Shown: positions 30,454 through 41,434, counted from the stretch's first letter. The stretch is 64,000 bases of DNA from an uncultured Chlamydiae bacterium (GCA_963696295.1 CAVOJR010000001.1:2592001-2656000); one strand, 5' to 3'. The notes: a model not told the origin generated them from the sequence alone. Numbers and translations are program-made.

Positions 30454-31296
30454 TTATCTGCGGAGAGTTCCTGCCCACCCAAGTTTGGTGCGCAAAGTGG
30501 AGTAATAATCGTGATGGCCGAGGCTGACAAGCCTGAATTTGCGCTCGGACAGGCTGATATGAAACATCTCTCCTGTCGCAATGGTATATCCCGAAAAGCC
30601 GTCATAAAAAACTTCGATCGGTTGATATTCGCTGAGGTATTGCACCTGTATCTCATGTTTCGGCATTAAGACAATCGGCCGGTTGGAAATGGTATGAGGG
30701 CTGATCGGCGTTAAGACAAACGCCTCCAGTTCAGGAGCTAAAATGGGCCCCCCTGCGGCCAGGGAATAGGCCGTCGATCCGCTCGGCGTGGCAATAATCA
30801 CACCGTCAGCGGAAAAAGTATTTAAGTACTTGCCGTCCACGTGGATAGCTACGTCGACAAGCGTAGGATTCCTGGACCGGTGGAAGGTGATTTCATTGAC
30901 CGCGACGCACGTTTCATTGCCTATGGATTTCCCCTGCATCATGATCCGGTTCTGGATGCGGTAGTTGCCGTCGATCAAATCTTGCAGGCTCGGATATACT
31001 TCCGTGACGGGAATATCCGCCATAAAGCCGAGGCTGCCCAGGTTGACGCCCAAAATAGGGGCGTTGAGATTCAAATTTTCCTGGACCAGGCGCAGGATGG
31101 TTCCATCGCCCCCAAGAGAAATCACGAAATCGACCTCTTCAGGATTGACGCTGGAAAGGGGAGGGGCCCCCACTTCTTTTGCTTCGCGGTCTTCGACGAC
31201 GACAGTCACATTTTGGCTGGTCAGATATTCCCGGATGCCTATGGCGATGCTTTTGGATTGGCTTTTAAAAAGATTGGGAAAAAGGGCGATAATCAT
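30454..31296 (-). CDS. nadK: NAD kinase
   Basis: LGGDGT, GSLGF, NE and [15 protein letters not shown]. Confidence 0.95.
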   Translation of the reverse strand: MIIALFPNLFKSQSKSIAIGIREYLTSQNVTVVVEDREAKEVGAPPLSSVNPEEVDFVISLGGDGTILRLVQENLNLNAPILGVNLGSLGFMADIPVTEVYPSLQDLIDGNYRIQNRIMMQGKSIGNETCVAVNEITFHRSRNPTLVDVAIHVDGKYLNTFSADGVIIATPSGSTAYSLAAGGPILAPELEAFVLTPISPHTISNRPIVLMPKHEIQVQYLSEYQPIEVFYDGFSGYTIATGEMFHISLSERKFRLVSLGHHDYYSTLRTKLGWAGTLRR

Positions 31297-33182
31297 ACGG
31301 GCACCAGGGGATTCAAGGCGAATTGATGGATAATTTTTTCAGTAATCGCCCGGGGGACAAGGCCAATTTCTTCGAGCAGATCTTTATAATCTCCCTGCCC
31401 GATAAAAAATTCCGGCACACCGAAGTTCATCACGCGAACATTGTGGTGGCCTTTTGAGAGCAAAAAGTGGTTCAGGATGGCGCCAAGGCCGCATACCGCC
31501 GAGTGCTCTTCGATGGTGACAATGTGCGAGTGAGTCAATAGCAGCTCGTCTAATAATGCGCTGTCGAGCGGTTTTAAGAACACAGGATCCATCACAGTCG
31601 CGGTGATGCCGTACTTTTTTAATTCTTCCCTCACTTCCAGGGCGGTATCGTTCATCGTTCCAAGGCCCAAGATCAGCAGGTGTTCTCCCTTTGCCAATAC
31701 CTCTCCTTTGCCGATTTGGCGAAAAGCCACCGGCTCGCCGGAGTCTTCTGTGGGCAAATTGGGGTAGCGGATCGAGACAGGCTGCTTCCAGGTGAAAGCC
31801 GATTCCAGAAGTTCTTTCAGGATGTGGCCGTTTCTCGGCTGGGTTATGATCATATTGGGCATGGCATTCAAAAAGGAGATGTCGTAGATTCCGTGGTGGG
31901 TCGATCCGTAGGGCGGCGCGAGACCCGCGCGGTCCAGGCAGAATACCACAGGCAGTTTTTGCAGGCAGACGTCGTGGAATAAGTTATCGAAAGCCCGCTG
32001 TAAAAAGGTGGCGTAAATGGAGGCTACCACTTTTTTCCCTTCGAAGGCCAGACCTCCGCAAAAGGTGATGGAATGGGACTCGGCAATGCCGACATCGAAG
32101 CCGCGGTCGGGGAATCTCTCTATAAATTCATCCAGGCAGGAGCCTGCCGACATGGCGGGGGTGACCACGACCAGATCGGGATCGCGCTCAGCCATTTTGA
32201 TCAGGTGTTTGCCGAAAATTTTCGGGAAGCTAGGCTTGGGGTTTTGCGCAGGGAAAAATTTCCCCGTTTCGAGGTTGAAAGGTTTTGCGCCATGGTAAGA
32301 GACGGGGTCTTGCACAGCTTTCTCCATCCCTTTCCCCTTCTTCGTGAGAACGTGGATTACGACTGGCCAGCTGGAGTCTTTCACCCCTTCTAAAACATCG
32401 ATCAGCTTTTTGATATCATGCCCATCGACCGGTCCGATATAGGAAACCCCGTACTGTTCGAAGTAGGCCGCCGGGCTGACAAGGTTTTTTAGGGAGCCGG
32501 TAATTTTTTGCCCCTGTTTTGACAAAAGCTCGCCGTAGGCCGGGATCTTGGAGACGAGCGTGTCGATTTCCTGATAAAGCTTATTCGTAGTGGGATTGCT
32601 CAGCATCCGGCTCAATATGCCCGTAATGGCTCCCACGTTTTTTGAAATCGACATGGCGTTGTCATTGAGGATGATGATAAAGCGCTTCAAATGGCGCGAA
32701 ATATTGTTGAGCGCTTCCAGCGACATCCCGCAGGTTAAAGTCGCATCGCCGATAATCGGAATGACGTAGTTTTGCCCCTGGTTCAAATCGCGGGCCCTGG
32801 CCACTCCCAACGATAGGGAGAGGGCTGTGCCGGCATGTCCGGCGTGAAAGTGGTCGTATTCCGATTCGTCGGGATTCGTGAAGCCGCAAAATCCCTGATA
32901 TTTCCACAGTTTGGGAAAAAGCTCATTGCGGCCCGTCAACAGCTTGTGCGTATAGGCCTGGTGGCCGACATCCCAAATCAGACGGTCTTTCGGGGAATCG
33001 AAGACAGTGTGCAGCGCCAGGGTAAGCTCTACCACCCCCAGATTGGAAGCCAGATGGCCGCCGTTTGCGGAGACGACTTCGATGATCCGTTTTCTCACTT
33101 CTTCCGCTAATTGCTCCAGCTCGGCAATGGATAAATGCTTAATGTCGTGAGGAGTTGTGATGGAGCCTAAGAGATCGCTCAT
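31293..33182 (-). CDS. dxs: 1-deoxy-D-xylulose-5-phosphate synthase
   Basis: [23 protein letters not shown] and [10 protein letters not shown]. Confidence 0.96.
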   Translation of the reverse strand: MSDLLGSITTPHDIKHLSIAELEQLAEEVRKRIIEVVSANGGHLASNLGVVELTLALHTVFDSPKDRLIWDVGHQAYTHKLLTGRNELFPKLWKYQGFCGFTNPDESEYDHFHAGHAGTALSLSLGVARARDLNQGQNYVIPIIGDATLTCGMSLEALNNISRHLKRFIIILNDNAMSISKNVGAITGILSRMLSNPTTNKLYQEIDTLVSKIPAYGELLSKQGQKITGSLKNLVSPAAYFEQYGVSYIGPVDGHDIKKLIDVLEGVKDSSWPVVIHVLTKKGKGMEKAVQDPVSYHGAKPFNLETGKFFPAQNPKPSFPKIFGKHLIKMAERDPDLVVVTPAMSAGSCLDEFIERFPDRGFDVGIAESHSITFCGGLAFEGKKVVASIYATFLQRAFDNLFHDVCLQKLPVVFCLDRAGLAPPYGSTHHGIYDISFLNAMPNMIITQPRNGHILKELLESAFTWKQPVSIRYPNLPTEDSGEPVAFRQIGKGEVLAKGEHLLILGLGTMNDTALEVREELKKYGITATVMDPVFLKPLDSALLDELLLTHSHIVTIEEHSAVCGLGAILNHFLLSKGHHNVRVMNFGVPEFFIGQGDYKDLLEEIGLVPRAITEKIIHQFALNPLVPV

Positions 33183-33196
33183 GTAATTTCCAATAT

Positions 33197-33460
33197 TTAT
33201 GATTTGGAGGCGAATTCAAACTCTTGCAGGATAGGCTTATTTTCATCATCCGTGGCCAGTTCACCGCTTCTTTTTTTAGTGAGAAGTTCGATTTTGCGCT
33301 CGGCATCGCTTAAACGCTGCTGGCATAGATGGATTAGTTTATCTGCTTCTTCGTACAAAAGAATGGCGGCATCTAAGCTCGTTTGACCGGAATTCATCTT
33401 TTCCAAAATCTCCTCGAGCCTGGCAAAAGCCGTTTCAAAGTCAGTTTCTTTTTTACTCAT
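33197..33460 (-). CDS. xseB: Exodeoxyribonuclease VII small subunit
   Basis: [18 protein letters not shown] pattern; next to xseA. Confidence 0.92.
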   Translation of the reverse strand: MSKKETDFETAFARLEEILEKMNSGQTSLDAAILLYEEADKLIHLCQQRLSDAERKIELLTKKRSGELATDDENKPILQEFEFASKS

Positions 33461-34928
33461 TTAATTCTCTTATTTCTGCTACCATTTTTCCATCAGCTAA
33501 TAGCGCTACAATCCCTTCGCCGACATTTACATCATGAATAGAAGTTATAACGGAATTTTTCTTTTCGGAAAAGAGAATACTATAACCTTTTTTCAAGAGA
33601 TGTTTAGGGTCGATAGATCCCAGTCTTTTGACAAGATTATCCAGACGCTCTTCTTTTAAGGCAAGCAGTCTTTCCCAGATCCTGTTAAGCTGCATCTGTT
33701 TGGCGGGCAATGAAAAAAGTTTTACACTGTTTTCCACTTTGAGGCTGGCTGCCCGGCCAATCAAAACCCTTTTCTCCTGCACCATTTTTCTGTTATTTAT
33801 CAGACGTGCTTGCAGGGCCTGGTCCATCCCTTTTTGCCAGTCGGTCAGCTTATTCCGATAATGGGCAAGCTGGAGAGTCGGCTTCAGGCTCGCCAAATGT
33901 TTATGCCGCATGGCCAGGAGCTGTTCTTTAAGCAAAAACTTTTGCTTCATGGTTTTATCGAGCTCGGCGCTCAACCCGTCGATCTTTTGCATCCAGGGCC
34001 CGAGAAGGGCGTAAGGGGAGAGGAACAGAGGCTGCTTCTTTAAACTGTTGAGCCGGCTTTGCCCGTTCCGCATCAGATGCTGCAGCGTTTGGGCCATGCG
34101 CTTTTGCGATTGTTCCAGATATTTTAGCTGCTGCTCTTTTTCTGCGATCACAATTTCGGCGGCGGCGGAGGGGGTCGGAGCTCTGACGTCGGCGACGTAG
34201 TCGGCAATGCAATGATCCGTTTCATGCCCGACCGCCGAGATGATGGGGATGGCGCTCCGGAAAATCGCCGCCGCCACGACCTCCTCATTAAACGCCCATA
34301 AATCTTCAATGCTCCCGCCGCCCCGGCCGACAATCAGCACATCGACGAGCTGATAGCGGTTCATTTCATCGATCGCCTGGGCTATCTCGGCCGCGGCGCC
34401 CTCTCCTTGAACTTTAACCGGGTAGAGGATCAGATGAAACCCGGAAAAGCGGCGGTTTAAAATATTGAGGATATCCTGGATGGCGGCGCCGGTCGGGCTG
34501 GTGACGACGCCGATTTTCTTAGGGAATTTAGGCAGGGGCTTTTTGTGCTTTTGGCTGAACCAGCCCAGTTTGTGCAGTTTGGCCTTTAACTCCTCCAATT
34601 TGAGCAGCAAATCTCCTAACCCCATAAGCTTTAGCTGCTTAATCACAATTTGGTATCGCCCGCCCGGTGGGTAGACGTTGAGTTCGCCGGTTGCGATAAT
34701 CTGATCGCCGTCTTTTAGCTTATTTTTTAACTGGAGGACATCCTGCCGAAACATGACCGCAGAAATTTGCGCGTGAGCATCTTTTAGGGAAAAGTAGAGA
34801 TGGCCGGAGGATTGCTGTTTGAAATTGCTCACTTCCCCTTGAAGCTGTACCATAGGGAAAGCCGACTCCAAATTGGCTTTGATTTTATGGGTGAGTTCGG
34901 AAACAGTGAGGACATTTTGATCATTCAT
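33453..34928 (-). CDS. xseA: Exodeoxyribonuclease VII large subunit
   Basis: [30 protein letters not shown] and [10 protein letters not shown]. Confidence 0.96.
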   Translation of the reverse strand: MNDQNVLTVSELTHKIKANLESAFPMVQLQGEVSNFKQQSSGHLYFSLKDAHAQISAVMFRQDVLQLKNKLKDGDQIIATGELNVYPPGGRYQIVIKQLKLMGLGDLLLKLEELKAKLHKLGWFSQKHKKPLPKFPKKIGVVTSPTGAAIQDILNILNRRFSGFHLILYPVKVQGEGAAAEIAQAIDEMNRYQLVDVLIVGRGGGSIEDLWAFNEEVVAAAIFRSAIPIISAVGHETDHCIADYVADVRAPTPSAAAEIVIAEKEQQLKYLEQSQKRMAQTLQHLMRNGQSRLNSLKKQPLFLSPYALLGPWMQKIDGLSAELDKTMKQKFLLKEQLLAMRHKHLASLKPTLQLAHYRNKLTDWQKGMDQALQARLINNRKMVQEKRVLIGRAASLKVENSVKLFSLPAKQMQLNRIWERLLALKEERLDNLVKRLGSIDPKHLLKKGYSILFSEKKNSVITSIHDVNVGEGIVALLADGKMVAEIRELNE

Positions 34929-35007
34929 ATCCAACCACGATAGGGAAAATTGTATTGAATTTCAAGTGTTGACAAAGTATCTTTAACAGAAAAAGCAGGA
35001 AAACGAC

Positions 35008-35766
35008 ATGACCCGGCCGGTAGTGATCACAGGTAATTGGAAAATGCACAAGACAATTGAGGAGGCGCTGGCTTTTGTCAAAGGTCTTATTCCAAAAGTG
35101 GCCGCCTCGCCTGTCAAGGTCTGTCTGGCGGTGCCCTTCACGGCCATCAAACCCGTGGCCGAACTGTTGCAGGGCACCAATATCGCTATCGGCGCGCAGA
35201 ATATGAACGACGCTTCCGAGGGGGCATTCACCGGCGAAGTGGCGGGGACTATGCTGAAGGAGGCCGGGGCTCAATTTGTGCTTTTAGGCCACTCGGAAAG
35301 ACGGCGCATCTTTCATGAATCCAACGCCTTCATCAACCGCAAAGTGAAGCGGGCTTTACAAGACGGCCTGCAGCCGGTCCTATGCATAGGAGAAACTCTG
35401 CAGGAACATGAAGCCGATCAGCGGGACGAGGTTTTGACCGCCCAGCTGACTGAGAGCCTGGAAGGGGTGACAGATGAGCAGCTCTCTTCGATGATTTTGG
35501 CGTATGAACCAGTGTGGGCGATCGGGACAAACCTCTCTGCGACCCCGGAGCAGGCCGAGAGCGCGCACCAATTTATCCGGTCATTGGTCGCCGCCAAGTG
35601 GAACGAAGAGACGGCAAACAGCCTGGTGATCCAGTACGGCGGCTCCGTGCAGCCTAAAAACGCAAAATCTTTACTTGAAAAATCCGATATAGACGGTCTT
35701 TTAGTTGGGGGAGCATCACTTAATCTTGATTTTTTTGCTCAAATAGTGAATGATAATTCTTTCTAA
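35008..35766 (+). CDS. tpiA: Triosephosphate isomerase
   Basis: GNWKM, GHSERR, AYEPVWAIGT and YGGSV. Confidence 0.97.
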   Translation: MTRPVVITGNWKMHKTIEEALAFVKGLIPKVAASPVKVCLAVPFTAIKPVAELLQGTNIAIGAQNMNDASEGAFTGEVAGTMLKEAGAQFVLLGHSERRRIFHESNAFINRKVKRALQDGLQPVLCIGETLQEHEADQRDEVLTAQLTESLEGVTDEQLSSMILAYEPVWAIGTNLSATPEQAESAHQFIRSLVAAKWNEETANSLVIQYGGSVQPKNAKSLLEKSDIDGLLVGGASLNLDFFAQIVNDNSF

Positions 35767-35781
35767 CAAGAGGTTAGCCTT

Positions 35782-36078
35782 ATGATGATGTTTCTCTATT
35801 TCACTTCGATTTTCTTTTTTTTACTGCTGTGCGTAGTCCTTTGTTTTGTCGTCCTGATCCAAGAGGGTAAAAGCGGCGGCGGCATCATGGGCATGGCCGG
35901 AGGCGATTCCAGCAATTCTCTTTTTGGCACCGCCACATCGGATGTCTTGAAAAAGTTCACCGGCTGGTTAATTTTCATATTTTTGGCATCCTGCGTGCTG
36001 CTCTCCCTGTGGACAGCCTCGCTCGGCCGCACATCCCAGCAAAACGCCAATCCGGCTTCTGTCGAAGAAGTGAGCTGA
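35782..36078 (+). CDS. secG: Preprotein translocase subunit SecG
   Basis: Two TM helices; LIQEGKSGG linker; follows tpiA. Confidence 0.9.
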   Translation: MMMFLYFTSIFFFLLLCVVLCFVVLIQEGKSGGGIMGMAGGDSSNSLFGTATSDVLKKFTGWLIFIFLASCVLLSLWTASLGRTSQQNANPASVEEVS

Positions 36079-36111
36079 AGCCCAGCTTCTTCAGTTCCTC
36101 TTCCTAAGCCT

Positions 36112-36274
36112 ACTTTGGAGCCTCGCTCGGCCGCACAGCAAAATGCCGGCTTATGAGGCGCTTCCTCTTCCTAAGGTGCGACTTTGGAGCCTCGCTCGGC
36201 CGCACAGCAAAATGCCGGCTTATGAGGCGCTTCCTCTTCCTAAGGTGCGACTTTGGAGCCTCGCTCGGCCGCAC
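36112..36274. repeat. 69-bp tandem repeat (2 full copies plus 1 partial)
   Basis: Units start at 36112, 36181 and 36250. Confidence 0.92.
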
Positions 36275-36287
36275 TTCCGAAGAAGCC

Positions 36288-36761
36288 CTATTTCTTCACT
36301 TCCTCACCCGTAAGAGCCCGCTTAAAGAGCGCGTCGAAGGAAAATAGCCCGGGTCCAAACGCTAACAGCACAAGCGTAGCGATTAAAAACGGAACAGGCG
36401 TCTGGCTTAAGAAGCCGGCAGGATCGGACAAAATGGCCTGGGAGGCTTTAAGATGCACTGTTGCCAGCGCCCCAATCAAAATAATGGAAAGGGGAATGGC
36501 GACGACCCGGGTGAGAAGTCCCAGGAAGAGAAAAATCCCGCCCAGGGTTTCTATCCAGGCGACGGCATGAGCGGCGTATAAAGCATGCGGAATGCCTTGA
36601 GCTGTGAAAAGTTCGACTAACTGGTTCATATTGCCAAGTTTTGACAGGCCCCCTTCGAAAAACTGCCAACCGAAGAACAGCCGCAATGCGAGCAGCAAGA
36701 ACGGCTGAATGATTTTACCTAACCAAATAAACACCATATAGGCTTTAGCTAAAGCTTTCAT
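36288..36761 (-). CDS. DoxX family membrane protein
   Basis: LRLFFGWQF..G..K, E.LGG..L.LGLLTR and GPG.FS.D. Confidence 0.88.
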   Translation of the reverse strand: MKALAKAYMVFIWLGKIIQPFLLLALRLFFGWQFFEGGLSKLGNMNQLVELFTAQGIPHALYAAHAVAWIETLGGIFLFLGLLTRVVAIPLSIILIGALATVHLKASQAILSDPAGFLSQTPVPFLIATLVLLAFGPGLFSFDALFKRALTGEEVKK

Positions 36762-36970
36762 AAAACCTTCCTTTAGAGCAAAAATCCGTCGGACGGACCT
36801 CTGCCTGTTTTTTACCCTTATAACATCACCATAAATTAAATATTTCAAAACATCAAGCGGTTTAAATAAAAATGAAATAAACGAAGTCATTATTAATAAA
36901 ATCTTTACACGGCCAATTTGCAAATATATATATATTGGTATATGTATAATGAGGGAAAAGGGAGATCGTC

Positions 36971-37240
36971 ATGAGAGTTAAGCCTGTAACTTATACCATT
37001 CCTGAACAGTTGGATGCTATTTTACACGCAAAGGTTGGCCGAGGCCGAATGAGTAAGTTTGTCACTCAAGCTTTATGGGATGCTTTAAGAAAAGAAGAGG
37101 AAGCTTTATTAATGGAGTTTCTTGAAGCGGATAAAGATCCTGGAAATATCGAGGCAAAACAAAGCTTTTCCGCGATTGAGGGAGGGGATTTCATTGGTTT
37201 AGAAGACTTTAATTTCGAAGAGCCTGAAAATGAAGAATGA
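36971..37240 (+). CDS. Putative antitoxin (RHH-like N-terminus, acidic C-terminus)
   Basis: Overlaps the downstream PemK/MazF toxin gene. Confidence 0.7.
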   Translation: MRVKPVTYTIPEQLDAILHAKVGRGRMSKFVTQALWDALRKEEEALLMEFLEADKDPGNIEAKQSFSAIEGGDFIGLEDFNFEEPENEE

Positions 37241-37568
37241 TTTTCCGAAAAAAGGTGATATTTATTGGGTTCGATTAGATCCAACAGATGGAAATGAAAT
37301 TAATAAAACTCGTCCTTTGCTTGTTATTTCCAGCGATGTGGCTAATCGGTCTGAACTTATTGTCATTGCTCCTATCACTAGTCACGTAGAACGCATTTTT
37401 CCTAGAATTGAAATAAAAATTAATTTAAATGGAAAGCCTGGGAAAATCATGCCGAGACAGATGAGATCTATAGATAGAACAAAAAGGCTAGGAAAGAAGA
37501 TTGGTGCATTATCAGCAGAAGAAATGAAGCTCACCGATGAAGCAATACGTCTGATTTTAGGCTTATAG
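37230..37568 (+). CDS. PemK/MazF-family endoribonuclease toxin
   Basis: KGDIYWVRLDPTDGNEINKTRPLLVIS, APITS and QMRSIDRTKRL. Confidence 0.92.
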   Translation: MKNDFPKKGDIYWVRLDPTDGNEINKTRPLLVISSDVANRSELIVIAPITSHVERIFPRIEIKINLNGKPGKIMPRQMRSIDRTKRLGKKIGALSAEEMKLTDEAIRLILGL

Positions 37569-37573
37569 CATTC

Positions 37574-37849
37574 TATACCCAAACAACTTGAAGAGTTGGT
37601 TTTGGTCTCGGTTTTATACCCAAACAACTTGAAGAGTTGGTTTTGGTCTTCGTCGGTTTTATACCCAAACAACTTGAAGAGTTGGTTTTGGTCTTCGTCG
37701 GTTTCATACCCAAACAACTGAAGAGTTGGTTTTGGTCTTCGTCGGTTTTACCTTCAATTTTTCGTCCTCACTCGTGCCTTGCCTACCGGCAATGGTCACT
37801 CGCTGCGGACACTTGTCCAATTCCCAACTCTTCAAGTTGTTTGGGTATA
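37574..37849. mobile_element. ERIC/MITE-like element with tandemly amplified left end
   Basis: TATACCCAAACAACTTGAAGAGTTGG at 37574, 37615 and 37660, a variant at 37705, and its exact reverse complement at 37824-37849. Confidence 0.7.
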
Positions 37850-38069
37850 TTTCACCTGTTCTCGTTTTTATTTCACAGTATATTTGAAATATGGTAAAAT
37901 TGTTAAGATTTCATTGTGAAAATTGAGAAAATCAAAAAAAATAATATATTAATATTTTCTTAATACGGCCTTAACTTCCGTAGGCCACAATGAGCCCATG
38001 AATTTGCAAATGCCCTAAAATCAGGTTATTTGCTGGATTTATAAAAGTAAATTAACAAAGGACGAAAAA

Positions 38070-38822
38070 ATGTATAAGAAACTATTGTTAGGAGTTATTT
38101 GTGCAGGATTTTTAATGGGGCCTCTTTGTGCCGCTGAGGAAGAAAATGAAAAGGGTTCAAAGGTAGAAAGAGTGGGCTCCCTCGATGATATGCTCGCTGA
38201 TCGGGAAAAGCGCGCCGCTGAGGCAAATAAGGATGAGTCAACTTCTGAGGAATCAGCTTCTGAAAACAAAGAATCTGTTTCTGAAAAAGAAGGTTCCGAC
38301 GAAGAAAGAGTCACAAACGACATCAAGTTTATCAGAAGACACCCAGGCGCTGAACACCATGCTCTGCAAGTGACCTACTATGGTGATTTTGTGGAAATGG
38401 AAGATGGTTCGATCTGGGCCGTTAAGGAAATTGACCGCGCTAAAGTATTAGACTGGAGACCTTCAGATGTTATCGCTATCGCTCCTAACGTTTATTGGTT
38501 TTCCGATTGCCCTTTTTGCATGATCAACACGGCAACAGATGCAGTTGTAGAAGTTAAACTCTATGCCAATCCTTTGACCAATAGCCCCTATACCCTCAAT
38601 ATCGTCGATATAGACTATCGCTCATGCCGAGTCTATCTGAGCGATAACACCTATTGGATGCTGCCTGTTATGAATCGCGCCAAACTAAATGATTGGCTGA
38701 TCGGCGATTGCGTGATCGTAGGAACCAATATCGGTTTCTTTGCAGACGGCTACTATCCAGATTTGTTGCTGAATGTCTCAAAATCAGCAATTCCAAGCAT
38801 CCCAGGCAGATACTACCAATAA
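38070..38822 (+). CDS. Exported hypothetical protein with duplicated beta-domain
   Basis: Signal peptide; acidic linker; two similar segments EMEDGSIW..DW and YLSDNTYW..DW. Confidence 0.75.
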   Translation: MYKKLLLGVICAGFLMGPLCAAEEENEKGSKVERVGSLDDMLADREKRAAEANKDESTSEESASENKESVSEKEGSDEERVTNDIKFIRRHPGAEHHALQVTYYGDFVEMEDGSIWAVKEIDRAKVLDWRPSDVIAIAPNVYWFSDCPFCMINTATDAVVEVKLYANPLTNSPYTLNIVDIDYRSCRVYLSDNTYWMLPVMNRAKLNDWLIGDCVIVGTNIGFFADGYYPDLLLNVSKSAIPSIPGRYYQ

Positions 38823-38845
38823 CTAAAGAAACAGGAGATTTCAAA

Positions 38846-39445
38846 ATGTCATATTTTCCAGATCGCAATGCACCAAGAGAAGGGTTTAGACAAACTGGCG
38901 GTTTCGGCGCACAAGGCGCCGCAGCCGGAGGTTTCGGAGCGCAAGGTGCCGCAGCCGGAGGTTTCGGAGTGCAAGGCGTCCGAGGACCGACAGATGTCGT
39001 CATGGGCGGCAATAACACGAGACAAGCCACTTTTCAAGGCAGAACGGTGACTTTGATACTCGTCGGCAACGTGGAGCAGCAGTTCCGCAACTTGTTAGTT
39101 GGCGGAGTGACTGAAACTCTATTGTTGAATGCCCTCGCTGCTGTTGCGATTTTCGAGGTTGTAACTCCTAATTATGAGATTACTGCCCAGACTCTCAATC
39201 GCTTAACCCAGGTTATTAACTCTCAAGTTAGCGCAAGAACAACCCAAAGGGACGCCATGGAAAATATTTACCGGACTCCGGATAGATATTTGACTCGGCC
39301 GATGGGTGGTTTTGGCGGCGGCGCAAGAGAGCAGGTGCGCGATACCGTCATGGGATCGAATGCCCCCGTTTTTGGCGGCGGAAGAGAGCAGGTGCGCGAT
39401 GCGACGATGGGTAGACAAAATCCTACAAATCGCCAATTCTATTAA
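38846..39445 (+). CDS. Hypothetical Gly-rich repeat protein (GGFG repeats)
   Basis: AGGAG SD then ATG at 38846; GGFGAQGAAA repeats; REQVRD x2. Confidence 0.7.
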   Translation: MSYFPDRNAPREGFRQTGGFGAQGAAAGGFGAQGAAAGGFGVQGVRGPTDVVMGGNNTRQATFQGRTVTLILVGNVEQQFRNLLVGGVTETLLLNALAAVAIFEVVTPNYEITAQTLNRLTQVINSQVSARTTQRDAMENIYRTPDRYLTRPMGGFGGGAREQVRDTVMGSNAPVFGGGREQVRDATMGRQNPTNRQFY

Positions 39446-39446
39446 T

Positions 39447-40388
39447 TTAAGTTTCTTTAAGAGCAGCTTGATAAAAGCTGCTCTTTTTTTTTGTCTCCCA
39501 CAAACCCAAAGCTCCCCTCCTGTTCAATGGAGTGCCGAAGAGCAGTTCCCGGTTCTTAAGGATCTCTTCAATCTTTTGTTCCGTCAAATAAATCCCAAGC
39601 CCCCTTTCAGGGGAAAATTCTGAAGCGGCCGCAATGGCTTTTCGCTGATTGTGAGGGCACACATCCTGACAGATGTCGCACCCGAAGATATAGCCCGGGT
39701 TTTTTGTGGCGATCTCTTGAGGGAGCTCTTTTTTTGATTCTATCAAGTGATAGGAGAGGCATTTGCGCGCGTCGAGCTGATAGGGGGAAACAAACGCTTG
39801 CGTCGGACAGGCGTCCAGGCATTTTTGGCAGGAGCCGCAGCGGGGCAGCCGTAAATTTGGGGCAACGGTTGTCGCAAACTCTAAAGTGGTGAAGAGTCCC
39901 GAAAGGAGCGTAAACGTGCCAAAACGGCGGTGGATGAGCAGCGTGTTTTTGCCGAACCAGCCAAGGCCGGCCTGAACCGCCAGGGCTTTTTCCAAGACGG
40001 GGGTTGAGTCGCTGAAGCCCTTTGCGATATTTATTTTTCCGCTCTTCTCCTCCAGCCACCGGATCATTTTTTTTAAGCGCTTATGGTGCACGTTGTGATA
40101 GTCGCGCCCGCGGGCATAAGAGGCAATCAGCCCTTTATCCGCCTGGAATTCCTCTTTTGGCTGTTTGTAGTAGCTGATGAAAATAACGGCCGTTTTTGCC
40201 CCGGGCAAGAGCTTTTCCGGATAACACCTGAGCTCATTTTCCATATAGGCCAAATCGCCCTGGTAGCTATTGTTCAGCCACTCCCGATAGGCGAGGATAT
40301 CTTCTTCGGGGATTATTGCCGAGGTGATGCCGACATCGTCAAACCCAAGCCTAAGCGCTTCGGCTTTCAGCTCTTCATTTGAGATCAT
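39447..40388 (-). CDS. queG: Epoxyqueuosine reductase
   Basis: YARGRDYH, AGLGWFGKN, CGSCQKCLDACPT and FGCDICQDVCP. Confidence 0.94.
   Translation of the reverse strand: MISNEELKAEALRLGFDDVGITSAIIPEEDILAYREWLNNSYQGDLAYMENELRCYPEKLLPGAKTAVIFISYYKQPKEEFQADKGLIASYARGRDYHNVHHKRLKKMIRWLEEKSGKINIAKGFSDSTPVLEKALAVQAGLGWFGKNTLLIHRRFGTFTLLSGLFTTLEFATTVAPNLRLPRCGSCQKCLDACPTQAFVSPYQLDARKCLSYHLIESKKELPQEIATKNPGYIFGCDICQDVCPHNQRKAIAAASEFSPERGLGIYLTEQKIEEILKNRELLFGTPLNRRGALGLWETKKKSSFYQAALKET
39459..39492 (+). terminator. Intrinsic terminator, overlapping the queG 3' end
   Basis: AAGAGCAGCTT-gata-AAGCTGCTC followed by T9. Confidence 0.75.
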
Positions 40389-40390
40389 TG

Positions 40391-41329
40391 TTAAGCCGGG
40401 CCGACCGGTTTGATGATTTGAGACATGAGCCGCTCCATGCGCGTCTGCCCTTTTTGAACCCCTTTGCCATGGGTGCCGTAGGAGACTTCATGCAGGTTTT
40501 CGATGGCGATGAAGGCGACCGGGTCCTCGCGATGAATCAGTTCCTTGAGCTCGGCGAGCTGCAAGCGCTCAGCGATGACATAGAGCACCTCCTGATCTTC
40601 GCCGGAATATCCCCCGCGCCCATAAAAGACGGTCAGGCCAAGGCCGATTTCGTGAATAATGCTGTCGGCAATGGCTTTTGATTTTTTGGAGATAATCAGC
40701 ATCGATTTGGTCTCATCCAAGCCGACGATCACCGCGTCCATCACTTTGATCACCACCATATAGGTGATGAGAGAGAGGATAGGAGGATGCCAGTCCTGGA
40801 AAACCAGTCCCGCTGCGCTAAAAATAAAGACGTTGCAAACTAGAACTACCTGGCCGACGGTGATGCCGGTGCGGCGGTTGACGATAATGCCTAAAATCTC
40901 CGTGCCATCCAAACAGCCGCCATAGCGGATTATCAGCCCGATTCCGATGCCTAATATGGCGCCGCCGATAACGACCACTTCCAAACTTTCGCCGATGAAT
41001 TCCAGCTCAAGCACATGCTGGAAGAGCAAAAGGGAGGCGGCAAAAACAATTACCGAGAAGAGCATATGGGCGACAAATACTTTTCCGAGCGAGCGATAGG
41101 CCAGATAAATAAAAGGGAGGTTGAAGAGAACGATAAAAAAGGAGATATAATTGACCCCGAAAATATTTCCCAAAATCATGGCGATACCGACAATGCCGCC
41201 GTCGATCAAGCGGTTGGGTATCAGGAAAACTTCAATGGCAAAAGCAAAAAGGAAAGCCCCTAAGCCCATAAAAAAATAGCTGAAGAGAATCGATGTAAGG
41301 GATTTTGTAGGGGGTTGGGACAAATGCAT
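40391..41329 (-). CDS. YitT family membrane protein
   Basis: IDGGIVG, GGCLDGTEI and DUF2179-like GGYSG..DP.AFI. Confidence 0.9.
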   Translation of the reverse strand: MHLSQPPTKSLTSILFSYFFMGLGAFLFAFAIEVFLIPNRLIDGGIVGIAMILGNIFGVNYISFFIVLFNLPFIYLAYRSLGKVFVAHMLFSVIVFAASLLLFQHVLELEFIGESLEVVVIGGAILGIGIGLIIRYGGCLDGTEILGIIVNRRTGITVGQVVLVCNVFIFSAAGLVFQDWHPPILSLITYMVVIKVMDAVIVGLDETKSMLIISKKSKAIADSIIHEIGLGLTVFYGRGGYSGEDQEVLYVIAERLQLAELKELIHREDPVAFIAIENLHEVSYGTHGKGVQKGQTRMERLMSQIIKPVGPA

Positions 41330-41434
41330 AATGCTTACCCTTGATAAGATTGCCCATATACTAACAGAATTAAGGGAAAAAATCGATAGAAAAAACAGTT
41401 AATTTGCTACTCGATTTCTTTTTTAAAAGAAATT

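Noticed and set aside
36153..36347. 64-aa ORF with a duplicated peptide
   Set aside because: It arises from the 69-bp tandem repeat and overlaps the doxX end.
37574..37750. Possible CRISPR array
   Set aside because: The sequences between repeats are near-identical rather than unique spacers, an inverted terminal copy is present, and there are no cas genes in the window.
38693..38845. N-terminal extension of the GGFG protein given in the ORF track
   Set aside because: It overlaps the upstream gene, and the AGGAG SD supports the ATG at 38846.
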